Origin: Gammaproteobacteria bacterium
Lineage (GTDB): Bacteria; Pseudomonadota; Gammaproteobacteria; JAKDMP01
Assembly (NCBI GenBank): GCA_049581885.1
Contig: JBAUSV010000200.1
Coordinates: 1 to 62,305 of the forward strand
Direction: 5' to 3'
Length of the DNA: 62,305 nt
In this document: positions 9,656-20,292 of the stretch, in pieces
How the letters are laid out: every line of letters starts with the position of its first letter
Position numbering within the stretch: the first letter of the stretch is position 1
Translations under genes and position numbers: made by a program
The notes under the pieces: generated by a model
Databases searched by the model: none
Seen by the model: the letters and a program-made list of their open reading frames with translations, nothing else
Told to the model about the DNA's origin: nothing

Positions 9656-10164
9656 TTTTTCTTGCGCCTCGTCTCTTTGATCAGCGGCAACTGGTGGTCG
9701 CCCGCCTTGAGTCGCTCGTACTCCAGCTGCTCGATCTGGCGACGGAAAGCTTCCACGTCCTGGAAGCTGTGATACACCGAGGCGAAGCGCACGTAGGCGA
9801 CCTGGTCGAGTCCCGACAGTGCGGTCATCACCCAGGCACCGATCTGGTCGGATGAAATCTCGCGCTCCCCCGATAGACGCAGGCGCTGCACCAGGTCGGC
9901 GATCAGCGAATCGATGGCGTCGGTCGCGACCGGACGTTTTTCCAATGCCTTGAGGATTCCGGCGCGCAGTTTAGATTCGTCGAACGGCATTCGCGTACCG
10001 TCGCGCTTGACGACGCGTGGCAGGGCAAATTCGGCCGTTTCCAGGGTGCTGAAGCGCACCTCGCAGGACAGGCATTCGCGACGGCGTCGAATCTGGCGCC
10101 CCTCGTTGGCCAGGCGCGAGTCCACCACGCGCGTTTGGTCGTGACCGCAGAACGGGCAATGCAT
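9652..10164 (-). CDS. nrdR: transcriptional repressor NrdR
   Basis: [17 protein letters not shown] zinc ribbon (second pair CLSC) followed by an ATP-cone. Confidence 0.95.
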   Translation of the reverse strand: MHCPFCGHDQTRVVDSRLANEGRQIRRRRECLSCEVRFSTLETAEFALPRVVKRDGTRMPFDESKLRAGILKALEKRPVATDAIDSLIADLVQRLRLSGEREISSDQIGAWVMTALSGLDQVAYVRFASVYHSFQDVEAFRRQIEQLEYERLKAGDHQLPLIKETRRKKK

Positions 10165-10218
10165 TAGTGGGCCGGGGCCCCTTCCAGGCCAACGGGACGG
10201 TCAGCAGGCACGATCCAC

Positions 10219-11472
10219 TCAGCCATACACCGGATACCGGCGGCACTGTTCGGTGACTTTCTCGCGCACGGCCGCAATCACGCTTTCGTCCTCGTGGGCA
10301 TCGAGCACGTCGCAGATCCAGCCCGCCAGCGCGACGCAATCGTCCTCGGTATAGCCGCGCGTGGTGACCGCGGGCGTGCCCAGTCGCAGCCCGGAAGTGA
10401 CAAAGGGTTTTTGCGGATCGTTGGGCACGGCATTCTTGTTGACCGTGATATGGGCCTTGCCCAGCGCCGCTTCCGCGTCCTTGCCGGTAACGCCGCGGCC
10501 GATCAGATCGACCAGGAACAGGTGATTCTCGGTGCCGCCAGACACAATCTTGTAGCCACGCCCGGCAAGCGTCGCGGCCATCGCCTTGGCGTTTTTCACG
10601 ACCTGCTGCTGGTAGGTCTTGAACTCCGGCGCCAACGCTTCCTTGAAGGCCACTGCCTTGGCCGCGATCACGTGCATCAGTGGGCCGCCCTGGATGCCGG
10701 GGAACACAATCGACTGCAGTTTCTTGACCAGTTCCTCGCTCGGGCCCTTGGCCACGATCAGGCCGCCGCGCGGGCCGCGCAGAGTCTTGTGGGTGGTCGA
10801 GGTGACCACGTGCGCGTGCGGTAGCGGGGTCGGATAAACGCCGCCGGCGATCAAGCCGGCCACGTGCGCCATGTCAACGAAGAGATAAGCGCCCACCTTG
10901 TCGGCGATGGCCCGGAAGCGCTCCCAGTCCATCACCTGAGAATAGGCGCTGAAGCCGGCCACGATCATCTTCGGCTTGTGCTCCACGGCCAGGCGCTCGA
11001 TCTCGTCGTAATCGACCAAGCCCTCGTCATTCACCCCGTACTGCACGGAATTGAAGAGCTTGCCCGAGAAATTCGGCTTGGCGCCATGGGTGAGGTGCCC
11101 GCCATGCGCCAGGCTCATCCCAAGGATCGTGTCACCCGGCTGAAGCAACGCGAAATACACGGCCTGGTTGGCCTGCGAGCCTGAATGCGGCTGCACGTTG
11201 GCGTAGTCACAGTCATAGAGCTGCTTCAGGCGCTCGATGGCCAGCGTCTCGGCGACATCCACGTATTCGCAGCCGCCGTAGTAGCGCTTGCCCGGATAAC
11301 CCTCGGCGTACTTGTTGGTGAGCACCGAGCCCTGGGCTTCCATCACCCGCGGGCTGGCATAGTTCTCCGAGGCGATCAGCTCGACGTGATCCTCCTGGCG
11401 CTGGCGCTCATTCTCGATGGCGGCGGCCAGTTCCTCGTCAAAACCCTCGATCTTCATGTCGGCAGCAAACAC
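10219..11472 (-). CDS. glyA: serine hydroxymethyltransferase
   Basis: 417 aa. PLP-lysine motif [12 protein letters not shown]. Full-length SHMT pattern. Confidence 0.95.
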   Translation of the reverse strand: MFAADMKIEGFDEELAAAIENERQRQEDHVELIASENYASPRVMEAQGSVLTNKYAEGYPGKRYYGGCEYVDVAETLAIERLKQLYDCDYANVQPHSGSQANQAVYFALLQPGDTILGMSLAHGGHLTHGAKPNFSGKLFNSVQYGVNDEGLVDYDEIERLAVEHKPKMIVAGFSAYSQVMDWERFRAIADKVGAYLFVDMAHVAGLIAGGVYPTPLPHAHVVTSTTHKTLRGPRGGLIVAKGPSEELVKKLQSIVFPGIQGGPLMHVIAAKAVAFKEALAPEFKTYQQQVVKNAKAMAATLAGRGYKIVSGGTENHLFLVDLIGRGVTGKDAEAALGKAHITVNKNAVPNDPQKPFVTSGLRLGTPAVTTRGYTEDDCVALAGWICDVLDAHEDESVIAAVREKVTEQCRRYPVYG

Positions 11473-11587
11473 GGCGTCACTCCATCTGTAATGGATGAAT
11501 TTTAGCCGACCATGACAGATAAACGGGGGATTTGCATCATTCTTTTTTATAATGCGTGGTTAAAGCACCTGGATTGATTTCTTCTTT

Positions 11588-13255
<1,668 letters not shown>

Positions 13256-13313
13256 CCAAGATGTTATCGCCTGCCATAAACAAACCCACTGCCGTCCATA
13301 TCGAGCGTGTATC

Positions 13314-13904
13314 ATGAAACTGGAAACTAAAATCGATCAAGGGCCGCACAAAAAAAACATGCCAAGCAATCCGCCCAATCAGCAACTGTCCCTGGTCGTG
13401 ATTGCACCCGATGGGGCACAAGTCCTGCGCCGCCTGGCCGAGTATGCGGCCAACACGAGCTGCAATATCGTCGAGGCGCGTGAAACGCCGGTGGGCGACA
13501 GCACGGCCATAGTGATGCTGGCCGACGGTAGTTGGGACGCCATCGTGCGCCTGGAACAGGCCATACCCAAGGTCGCCGAGAAACTTCGGGTAAAAATCAC
13601 GACCCAGCGCGTGCAGCTCGCTGCACCGGCGACCGAACGCCTGCCGTATGCGGTGGATCTGTCCAGTGCAGATAAACCCGGCATACTCTCGGGGTTGATC
13701 GAATTCTTCATGAGCCGCGATATTCTGATTATGGAACTTTCGGCGCGCAGTTATCCGGCGACGCATACCGGTGCGCTGCTGTTTACCGTGCAGATGAATA
13801 TCGGCCTGCCGCGCGACATGCACATTGCGACCATCCGCGAGGAGTTCATGGACTTTTGCGATAACATGAATCTCGACGCCATCCTTGAGCCCATCAAGGG
13901 CTGA
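13314..13904 (+). CDS. GcvR-like tandem ACT-domain regulatory protein
   Basis: About 190 aa with two ACT-like halves (LSLVVIAPDGAQVL..., VDLSSADKPGILSG...). Sits directly upstream of bcp, as gcvR does in E. coli. The start may be the later M at 13359. Confidence 0.6.
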   Translation: MKLETKIDQGPHKKNMPSNPPNQQLSLVVIAPDGAQVLRRLAEYAANTSCNIVEARETPVGDSTAIVMLADGSWDAIVRLEQAIPKVAEKLRVKITTQRVQLAAPATERLPYAVDLSSADKPGILSGLIEFFMSRDILIMELSARSYPATHTGALLFTVQMNIGLPRDMHIATIREEFMDFCDNMNLDAILEPIKG

Positions 13905-13920
13905 AACGGAGACTCGAATC

Positions 13921-14388
13921 ATGGCCAAAATCTCAATCGACAACAAGGTTCCGCACTTCTCGGTCGAAACCACGGCGGGCACATTGAGCGATGGCGATCT
14001 CGCCGGCCACACCACGGTGCTGTATTTCTACCCGAAGGACAATACGCCGGGCTGCACCCTGGAAGGCCAGGAGTTCCGGGACCTGCATGGAAAATTCCAG
14101 CGCGCGAACACCCGTATCTATGGCGTCTCGCGTGATTCGTTGCGCTCGCATGAAAGCTTTTGCGAAAAGCAGGGGTTCCCGTTTGCGCTGATCTCCGATC
14201 CGGATGAAACGCTGTGTAACCTGTTCGATGTGATTCGCGATAAGAATATGTACGGCAAAAAGGTGCGCGGCATCGAACGCAGCACGTTTCTCATCGACAA
14301 CCAGGGCGTAGTGAGGCAGGAATGGCGCAAGGTCAAGCCACAGGGACACGCGGCCGAGGTGCTGGAAGCGGCAAAAAATCTCAAGTGA
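13921..14388 (+). CDS. bcp: thioredoxin-dependent peroxiredoxin Bcp
   Basis: YFYPKDNTPGCTLE peroxidatic-Cys motif. Start chosen at MAKISIDNKVPHF. Confidence 0.9.
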   Translation: MAKISIDNKVPHFSVETTAGTLSDGDLAGHTTVLYFYPKDNTPGCTLEGQEFRDLHGKFQRANTRIYGVSRDSLRSHESFCEKQGFPFALISDPDETLCNLFDVIRDKNMYGKKVRGIERSTFLIDNQGVVRQEWRKVKPQGHAAEVLEAAKNLK

Positions 14389-15800
14389 CAGACAGCGGGA
14401 AGCGCGGCTCCAACAAAAAGGATCACCGCCTGCTGGTGCTCGACACCAACGTGCTTATGCACGACCCCTCCGCGCTGTTCCGTTTCGCCGAACACAACCT
14501 TTTCCTGCCGATGACGGTCATCGAGGAACTCGACGCCAACAAGAAAGGACTATCGGAAGCCGCACGCAATGCGCGCCAGGCCAGCCGTTACCTCGATGAA
14601 TTGATGGCCGATCATGGGCGCGCCGAGATCGAAGCCGGCATCCCGCTCAACTCCATCTCCAACGGCAACGGCAATCACGCAGGAGGCAGGCTGTTCCTGC
14701 AGACCGAACCGCTCAAGCCGCGCGCCAACGCCTTCATCACAGCGGAAACGCCGGACAACGACATTCTCAACACCACGTTCGCCCTCGCCGACAAACACCC
14801 GGGACGGGTCACGCTGGTCTCCAAGGACATCAACCTGCGGATCAAGGCGGCCGTGCTCGGTCTCAAGGCCGAGGATTATTACAACGACAAGGTGCTCGAC
14901 GACACCGATCTGCTCTACCGCGGCGTGGAACCCCTGCCCGCCGGCTTTTTCACCCGCGATGGCGCAACCATTGAGTCCTGGCACGAAACTAGCCGCACCT
15001 GGTACCGCCTGCCGCTACCGGACACGCCGGTATGGCCCAATCAATTCCTGTCCAACAGCGAAGAAGGGCTGGATTTGTGGGTACGCGAAGTCGGCAAGGA
15101 CAGCCTTACCGCCGAGGTCGCCTGGGACTACCGGCGCGACAATCACGCCGTATGGGGTGTGGTGGCGCGCAATCAGGAACAGAGCCTGGCGCTCAACCTG
15201 CTGATGGACCCGGAAATCGACTTCGTCACCCTGCTCGGCCCGGCGGGGACGGGGAAAACGCTGCTCGCGCTCGCGGCGGGCCTGGCGCAAACGCTCGACG
15301 ACAAGCGTTACCGCGAGATCATCATGACCCGCGTCACCGTGCCGCTGGGCGAGGACATCGGTTTCCTGCCCGGCACCGAGGAAGAGAAAATGACGCCCTG
15401 GATGGGTGCGCTGATGGACAACCTGGAAGTGCTCACCACGCCCGAAGATGGTGGCCTGTGGGGGCGCGATGCCACCCAGGACCTGCTCGCGCGCCGGATC
15501 AAGATCCGCTCGCTCAACTTCATGCGCGGGCGCACTTTCCTCAACCGCTACATCATCCTCGACGAGGCGCAAAACCTTACAGCCAAGCAACTCAAGGCGC
15601 TGATTACCCGCGCTGGCCCGGGCACGAAGGTGGTGGCGATGGGCAATATCGCCCAGATCGACACGCCCTACCTTTCCGAGACCACTTCCGGGCTGACCTA
15701 CGTGGTGGACCGGTTCAAGGACTGGGCGCATTCCGGGCACATCACCCTGCAACGTGTGGAGCGCTCGCGTCTCGCAGACCATGCCAACGAGGCTCTCTGA
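14385..15800 (+). CDS. PhoH-family ATPase with N-terminal PIN domain (PhoH2/YlaK type)
   Basis: PIN signature LVLDTNVLMHDP...TVIEELD. PhoH ATPase with GPAGTGKT and IILDEAQN. Start is uncertain: GTG 14385 overlaps the bcp stop, and the ORF is open from 14322. Confidence 0.85.
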   Translation: MTDSGKRGSNKKDHRLLVLDTNVLMHDPSALFRFAEHNLFLPMTVIEELDANKKGLSEAARNARQASRYLDELMADHGRAEIEAGIPLNSISNGNGNHAGGRLFLQTEPLKPRANAFITAETPDNDILNTTFALADKHPGRVTLVSKDINLRIKAAVLGLKAEDYYNDKVLDDTDLLYRGVEPLPAGFFTRDGATIESWHETSRTWYRLPLPDTPVWPNQFLSNSEEGLDLWVREVGKDSLTAEVAWDYRRDNHAVWGVVARNQEQSLALNLLMDPEIDFVTLLGPAGTGKTLLALAAGLAQTLDDKRYREIIMTRVTVPLGEDIGFLPGTEEEKMTPWMGALMDNLEVLTTPEDGGLWGRDATQDLLARRIKIRSLNFMRGRTFLNRYIILDEAQNLTAKQLKALITRAGPGTKVVAMGNIAQIDTPYLSETTSGLTYVVDRFKDWAHSGHITLQRVERSRLADHANEAL

Positions 15801-15934
15801 GCCGCCTTGCAGGCCTGTTTCCACCTGCCAATCAAACGAATGACTGGAATCCCGCGCCGAGACGTGCTAAAAAGTACAGATGGAGGCGCCGACCCAACGT
15901 AGGCGCAAGCATCACAGCAACGAGGAGTCCGAAC

Positions 15935-17287
15935 ATGCGTCACACTCAACCGTGGATGTTTCTGCTTGCGGCCGCTGCGGCCCTGAGCCTGTCCGCCGGG
16001 GCTTATGCCGGCAGCTTTCAACTCAACGAAGCCAGTGCCAAGAGTCTCGCGCGATCCAATGCGGGTGACGCCAGCGCCAACAAGGACGCCTCGGCCAACT
16101 ACTACAACCCGGCGCTGCTGACCTCGCTCAAGAAGGCCTCCTTCCTTTTCGGAGCCACCGACTATAAAATTCGCGGCGAATTCTCCAAATTCAGCGCGAC
16201 CGACGCCGCGGGCCGACCACTAACGGGCGGCAACGGCGGCGACATGGGCAACCACAACCGTATCGGAGCGGGCGTAACCCCGATACTCTCCTTCGGCACG
16301 CCTCTCACCGACCGTACAGCGTTCGGTGTAGCGATCGAGGTGCCGTTCGGACTGACGACCACATACAATGGCGACTCGGTATTGCGCTATCAGGCCCAAT
16401 ACACTTCGATTGCGGTTAACAACATCAACCCGAATTTTGCCTACAAAGTCACTAACAACTTTTCCATCGGCATTGGCGCCGACTTCGCCAAGCTCGACGC
16501 CAAGCTCAGCAACCAAATCGACTATGGCGCCGTGTGTTACTCGGAACTGGGGCCTTTGACCTGTAATGGCCTCGGCCTGAGTCCCCAGTCGCATGACGGC
16601 TACTTCCAGGTCGAGGGCAACGACTGGGGCTATGGCTGGAACGCGGGTATGACATGGCATCGGAACGGCACCACGATTGGCCTGGCCTACCGCAGCCGTC
16701 TGTTCTTCAACCTCAGTGGCACGGCTGACTACAACAACGTCCCCTCCGTGTTCGCCGCTTCCGGCGCCTTTCAGAATACCGGCGTACATGCCCGCATGGT
16801 GTTGCCCGATACCATTGACCTGTCTGCCAGTCAGGACATCGGGTCCGCATGGCGGGTTTCCGGCACCGTGCGTTACGTGCGCTGGAGCGTCTTCCACGAC
16901 CTGAGCATTACCTATGACAACCCTAATCAGCCCGCCAGCACCCAGATATACGACTACAGGAACGCATGGACCTTTGCCATTGGTGCCGACTACCGACTGA
17001 ACCAGGCGTGGACGTTCCATGGCGGCCTTGCCTATGACCAATCGCCGGTACGGAACCAGTACCGAGAACCCCGCCTGCCAGACAGCAGCCGGCGCTGGAT
17101 GTCGTTGGGAGCCACCTGGAATCTGACGCCTTCAAACAGCATTACTCTGGGCTGGGCCCACCTGTTCATGAACAGCCATATCCCGATGCACAGCGGCCCG
17201 AGCGAGGCCACCAGCGGCAGCACCGTCATAGGCCAGTGGTCGGAAAATGCCGATCTGTACAGTCTCCAATACGAAATCAAATTCTGA
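15935..17287 (+). CDS. outer-membrane hydrophobic-compound channel, OMPP1/FadL/TodX family
   Basis: Signal peptide MRHTQPWMFLLAAAAALSLSAGAYA, then GSFQLNEASAKSLARSNAG hatch-like N-terminus and alternating beta-strand pattern. Ends in ...YEIKF. The 751-aa ORF upstream part overlaps phoH2 and is not used. Confidence 0.85.
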   Translation: MRHTQPWMFLLAAAAALSLSAGAYAGSFQLNEASAKSLARSNAGDASANKDASANYYNPALLTSLKKASFLFGATDYKIRGEFSKFSATDAAGRPLTGGNGGDMGNHNRIGAGVTPILSFGTPLTDRTAFGVAIEVPFGLTTTYNGDSVLRYQAQYTSIAVNNINPNFAYKVTNNFSIGIGADFAKLDAKLSNQIDYGAVCYSELGPLTCNGLGLSPQSHDGYFQVEGNDWGYGWNAGMTWHRNGTTIGLAYRSRLFFNLSGTADYNNVPSVFAASGAFQNTGVHARMVLPDTIDLSASQDIGSAWRVSGTVRYVRWSVFHDLSITYDNPNQPASTQIYDYRNAWTFAIGADYRLNQAWTFHGGLAYDQSPVRNQYREPRLPDSSRRWMSLGATWNLTPSNSITLGWAHLFMNSHIPMHSGPSEATSGSTVIGQWSENADLYSLQYEIKF

Positions 17288-17309
17288 CCGCAGAGACACT
17301 CCCACCAAT

Positions 17310-17330
17310 CCCCCTTCCTGCGGAAGGGGG
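17310..17330 (+). terminator. GC-rich hairpin cccccttcc-tgc-ggaaggggg after the FadL-family gene
   Basis: 9-bp stem read directly, 23 nt after the stop. No clear T-tract. Confidence 0.5.
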
Positions 17331-17449
17331 AAGCGCTTCAGGGGACCCGTCGTCAATCCGTTCTTTTGAACCCAGGGCATCTATTACCAATCGGGAGTAG
17401 ATGCCGCTACACTGGGCCTGTCACCAATCGGTTTACCGGAGACTCCGTT

Positions 17450-17851
17450 ATGCCATTCGAACTGTACATGCTGGCTGCGGCCACGCTGCTTTTCCTGCTT
17501 GCCTTCATTCCCGGCGCCATCTACAAGACCAATGCTTACGGCGGATTGAGCTGGCTGGTCTCCAACCGGGATGTCACGGACAAACCACCGCTGACCGGCG
17601 CCGCGGCCAGAGCCGAACGCGCGCATGCCAACCTTAAAGAAAACTTTCCCGCCTTCGTCGCCGCGATCCTGATCCTGTCATACACCGGCCACTACACTAT
17701 GGGCACGGCCGTCGCCAGCGCTGTATTCGTGGTGGTGCGACTACTCTATATCCCCGTCTATATCGGCGGTATCCCGCCTCTGCGTACGCTGCTCTGGACG
17801 CTCGGCTGGGCCAGCACGATCTTCATTCTTGCCGTCGCCGTCTTCGGCTGA
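17450..17851 (+). CDS. MAPEG-family membrane protein
   Basis: About 133 aa with 3-4 TM segments and RAHANLKENFPAF (RAH.N..E..P.F pattern of MAPEG). Start at MPFELYML. Stop abuts the next gene start. Confidence 0.65.
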   Translation: MPFELYMLAAATLLFLLAFIPGAIYKTNAYGGLSWLVSNRDVTDKPPLTGAAARAERAHANLKENFPAFVAAILILSYTGHYTMGTAVASAVFVVVRLLYIPVYIGGIPPLRTLLWTLGWASTIFILAVAVFG

Positions 17852-19447
17852 ATGAAACCTGCCTACGATGCCATCCTGGTCGGCGGCGGGCACAACGGCT
17901 TGGTCTGCGCCTGCTACCTGGCTCGCGGCGGACTGAAAACTCTGGTACTCGAACGGCGCGCCATGATCGGCGGGGCCGCCGTCACCGAGGAGTTTCACCC
18001 GGGTTTCCGCAATTCCACGGCGAGCTATACGGTCAGCCTGCTCAACCCGAAGATCATCCGCGACCTGCACCTCGCAGAGCACGGCCTGAAAATCGTCGAG
18101 CGACCGATATCCAACTTCCTGCCCCTGCCCGATGGCGGTCACCTCAAGGTCGGGCCGGACACGGCCTCGACGCGGAAAGAATTCACCCGCTTTTCCAAAC
18201 GCGACGCGGAGCGTCTGCCCGCCTACGAGGCCATGCTCGACAATGCCGCCCGCGCCCTGCGGGAGCTAACTCTGGCCACTCCACCCGCCGTCGGCGGCGG
18301 CCTGCCGGCGCTGTTCCAGGCCGCCCGCCAGGGCCGCAAGCTCTGGAACCTGCCGCGTGCGACCCAGCGCGACCTGCTCGCGCTGTTCACCCGCAGTGCG
18401 GCCGAGTTCCTCGACGACTGGTTCGAATCCGATCCCGTCCGCGCCGTCTTCGGCTTCGATGCCGTGGTCGGCAATTACGCGAGCCCCTACACGCCCGGCT
18501 CGGCCTACGTCCTGCTGCACCACGTGTTCGGCGAGGTCAACGGCAAACAGGGCGCTTGGGGCCACGCCATGGGCGGCATGGGCGCCATCACCCAGGCCAT
18601 GGCCGCCGAAGCGAAACGGCTAGGCGTCGAGATACGTCTGGAAACGCCGGTAGCCGAAGTCACCGTCGAATCCGGGCGTACCACCGGCGTCGTGCTTGCA
18701 AGCGGTGAAAAACTCAACGCAAAGCGCATCGTCTCGGGCATTCACCCGCAACTACTCTACGGCAAGCTCATAGACACCTCGCACCTGGACGCGGACTTCA
18801 ACCGGCGCATTACCGGCTACAAGTCGGGCTCCGGCACCCTGCGCATGAACGTGGCCATCTCGGAACTGCCCGATTTCAAGGCCCTGCCCGGCGCGGGCCC
18901 ACACCTCGGTGCCGGCATCATCATGGCGCCGTCGCTGGACTACATGGATCGTGCCTACCAGGATGCCCGCACGCATGGCTTTTCGAGAGAACCCATCGTG
19001 GAGATGCTCATCCCGAGTACGCTGGACGACAGCCTTGCACCCAAGGGACAACACGTCGCCAGCCTGTTCTGCCAGCACTTCGCGCCCCAACTGCCCGAGG
19101 GCCGGAGTTGGGAGAACGAACGTGAAGCCGCCACCGAGGCGGCCATAAACGTGGTCAACCACCACGCCCCCAACTTCAAGGCCAGCATCCTGGGCAAACT
19201 TGCTCTCACGCCGCTGGATCTGGAGCGGCGCTTCGGCCTCGTCGGCGGGGACATCTTCCACGGTGCCCTGTCGCTGGACCAGCTCGGCGCCGCGCGGCCC
19301 GTGCTCGGCCACGGCGACTACCGCGGTCCGCTGAAGGGACTGTACATGTGCGGCTCCGGCACCCACCCCGGTGGCGGCGTCACCGGCCTGCCCGGCCACA
19401 ACGCGGCGCGCGAAATACTCCGCGACAGCAAACCCTGGCGTTTTTAG
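17852..19447 (+). CDS. NAD(P)/FAD-dependent oxidoreductase, phytoene desaturase (CrtI)-like family
   Basis: N-terminal Rossmann motif DAILVGGGHNGLVCACYLARGG. 531 aa. C-terminal GSGTHPGGGVTG. Confidence 0.8.
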   Translation: MKPAYDAILVGGGHNGLVCACYLARGGLKTLVLERRAMIGGAAVTEEFHPGFRNSTASYTVSLLNPKIIRDLHLAEHGLKIVERPISNFLPLPDGGHLKVGPDTASTRKEFTRFSKRDAERLPAYEAMLDNAARALRELTLATPPAVGGGLPALFQAARQGRKLWNLPRATQRDLLALFTRSAAEFLDDWFESDPVRAVFGFDAVVGNYASPYTPGSAYVLLHHVFGEVNGKQGAWGHAMGGMGAITQAMAAEAKRLGVEIRLETPVAEVTVESGRTTGVVLASGEKLNAKRIVSGIHPQLLYGKLIDTSHLDADFNRRITGYKSGSGTLRMNVAISELPDFKALPGAGPHLGAGIIMAPSLDYMDRAYQDARTHGFSREPIVEMLIPSTLDDSLAPKGQHVASLFCQHFAPQLPEGRSWENEREAATEAAINVVNHHAPNFKASILGKLALTPLDLERRFGLVGGDIFHGALSLDQLGAARPVLGHGDYRGPLKGLYMCGSGTHPGGGVTGLPGHNAAREILRDSKPWRF

Positions 19448-19603
19448 AAATAAGCTAAACGATTGATATTTAAATTCTTATGACGTCTTCGTCATCCCGA
19501 CGAAAGCCGGGATCCGGTCAAAACAGCCTCGTCTCCGCCCGGCGGAGATGACCTGATCCTTAAAATCAGCGGGAAACCCCGGAAGAAACGAAGTAAGGCC
19601 CGA

Positions 19604-19822
19604 TCAGCCCTGCTTTTGGGCGTTGGTCGCCATCCAAATCCGGTAAAAGGTGATCCCGAGGCCCGAGAGGAACAGCAATACACCGGCCAACACGTAAACG
19701 ATGTTGCCGAACATCGAATCGGTGCCCTCGGTGTGAAACAGCGAAATCGGGAAAACAAAGCCCAGCACCATGACCAGAAGGCCCAGTAAGAAGAGTCCGA
19801 AATCCTGCCAGAGTTTTTCCAT
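19604..19822 (-). CDS. small two-TM membrane protein, unknown function
   Basis: 72 aa with two clear hydrophobic helices (FGLFLLGLLVMVLGFVF, IVYVLAGVLLFLSGLGITF). GC-rich third positions. Confidence 0.45.
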   Translation of the reverse strand: MEKLWQDFGLFLLGLLVMVLGFVFPISLFHTEGTDSMFGNIVYVLAGVLLFLSGLGITFYRIWMATNAQKQG

Positions 19823-19989
19823 TGTCGAATCAGCCCCGTGGAACGGTGATAGTCTAGCAAATTGTAATGTTGAGCCGATGCATAGGCGTCGACACTAAAA
19901 TTCGTGAGACTCCAGTTTACATCCTGTAAAGAAAGGTAATAGCAAGAAGCGTTATCACAGTCACTACCATCAACGTCAAAAAACAGTAT

Positions 19990-20256
19990 CTAGGAAGCAG
20001 CGCAGTCCGAGCGCTCGTATTGCAGGATCTGATTCCTTAGGGTATGACCTGCGGAGAAAGTAGATAGATAAGCGTATTGGGGCAGCGAACACATCAATCG
20101 CGGGCCCTTCTGTGACACATTTGCCCAGAACATCGCCAGCTCGCTCACGCAAAAGTTTTTAAATCGTCTGAAATTTCTCACCGAACAGGTGCAATGAACC
20201 GTATACACAACAAGTAAAACAACCCAGAATATAACTAGCGCATCAAACAGATGCAT
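19990..20256 (-). CDS. orphan 88-aa ORF in an AT-rich patch, one N-terminal hydrophobic helix
   Basis: Only an ORF with an N-terminal TM-like segment (ALVIFWVVLLVVYTV). No recognisable motif. Composition unlike its neighbours. Confidence 0.2.
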   Translation of the reverse strand: MHLFDALVIFWVVLLVVYTVHCTCSVRNFRRFKNFCVSELAMFWANVSQKGPRLMCSLPQYAYLSTFSAGHTLRNQILQYERSDCAAS

Positions 20257-20292
20257 CCATTACCCAATTCCAAATTATCAATGCTGGCGCGC

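Noticed and set aside
8546-9772. 408-aa plus-strand ORF
   Set aside because: It is antisense to ribD and nrdR, which carry unambiguous catalytic and zinc motifs.
11473-11587. TATAAT box in the glyA/ettA divergent spacer as an ettA promoter
   Set aside because: A perfect -10 hexamer is present, but I could not find a credible -35 at 16-19 nt spacing. It is too weak to call.
15032-15934. N-terminal 300 codons of the 751-aa ORF that ends as the FadL-family gene
   Set aside because: This part overlaps the PhoH2 gene in another frame and is Arg/Pro/Gly-rich. A canonical signal peptide begins at the internal ATG 15935.
19480-19600. Three consecutive short hairpins (atgacg/cgtcat, atcccg/cgggat, tctccgc/gcggaga) resembling REP-type elements
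   Set aside because: Only one occurrence in the window, with short stems, located between convergent genes where terminator-like hairpins are expected. Repeat status cannot be judged without the genome.
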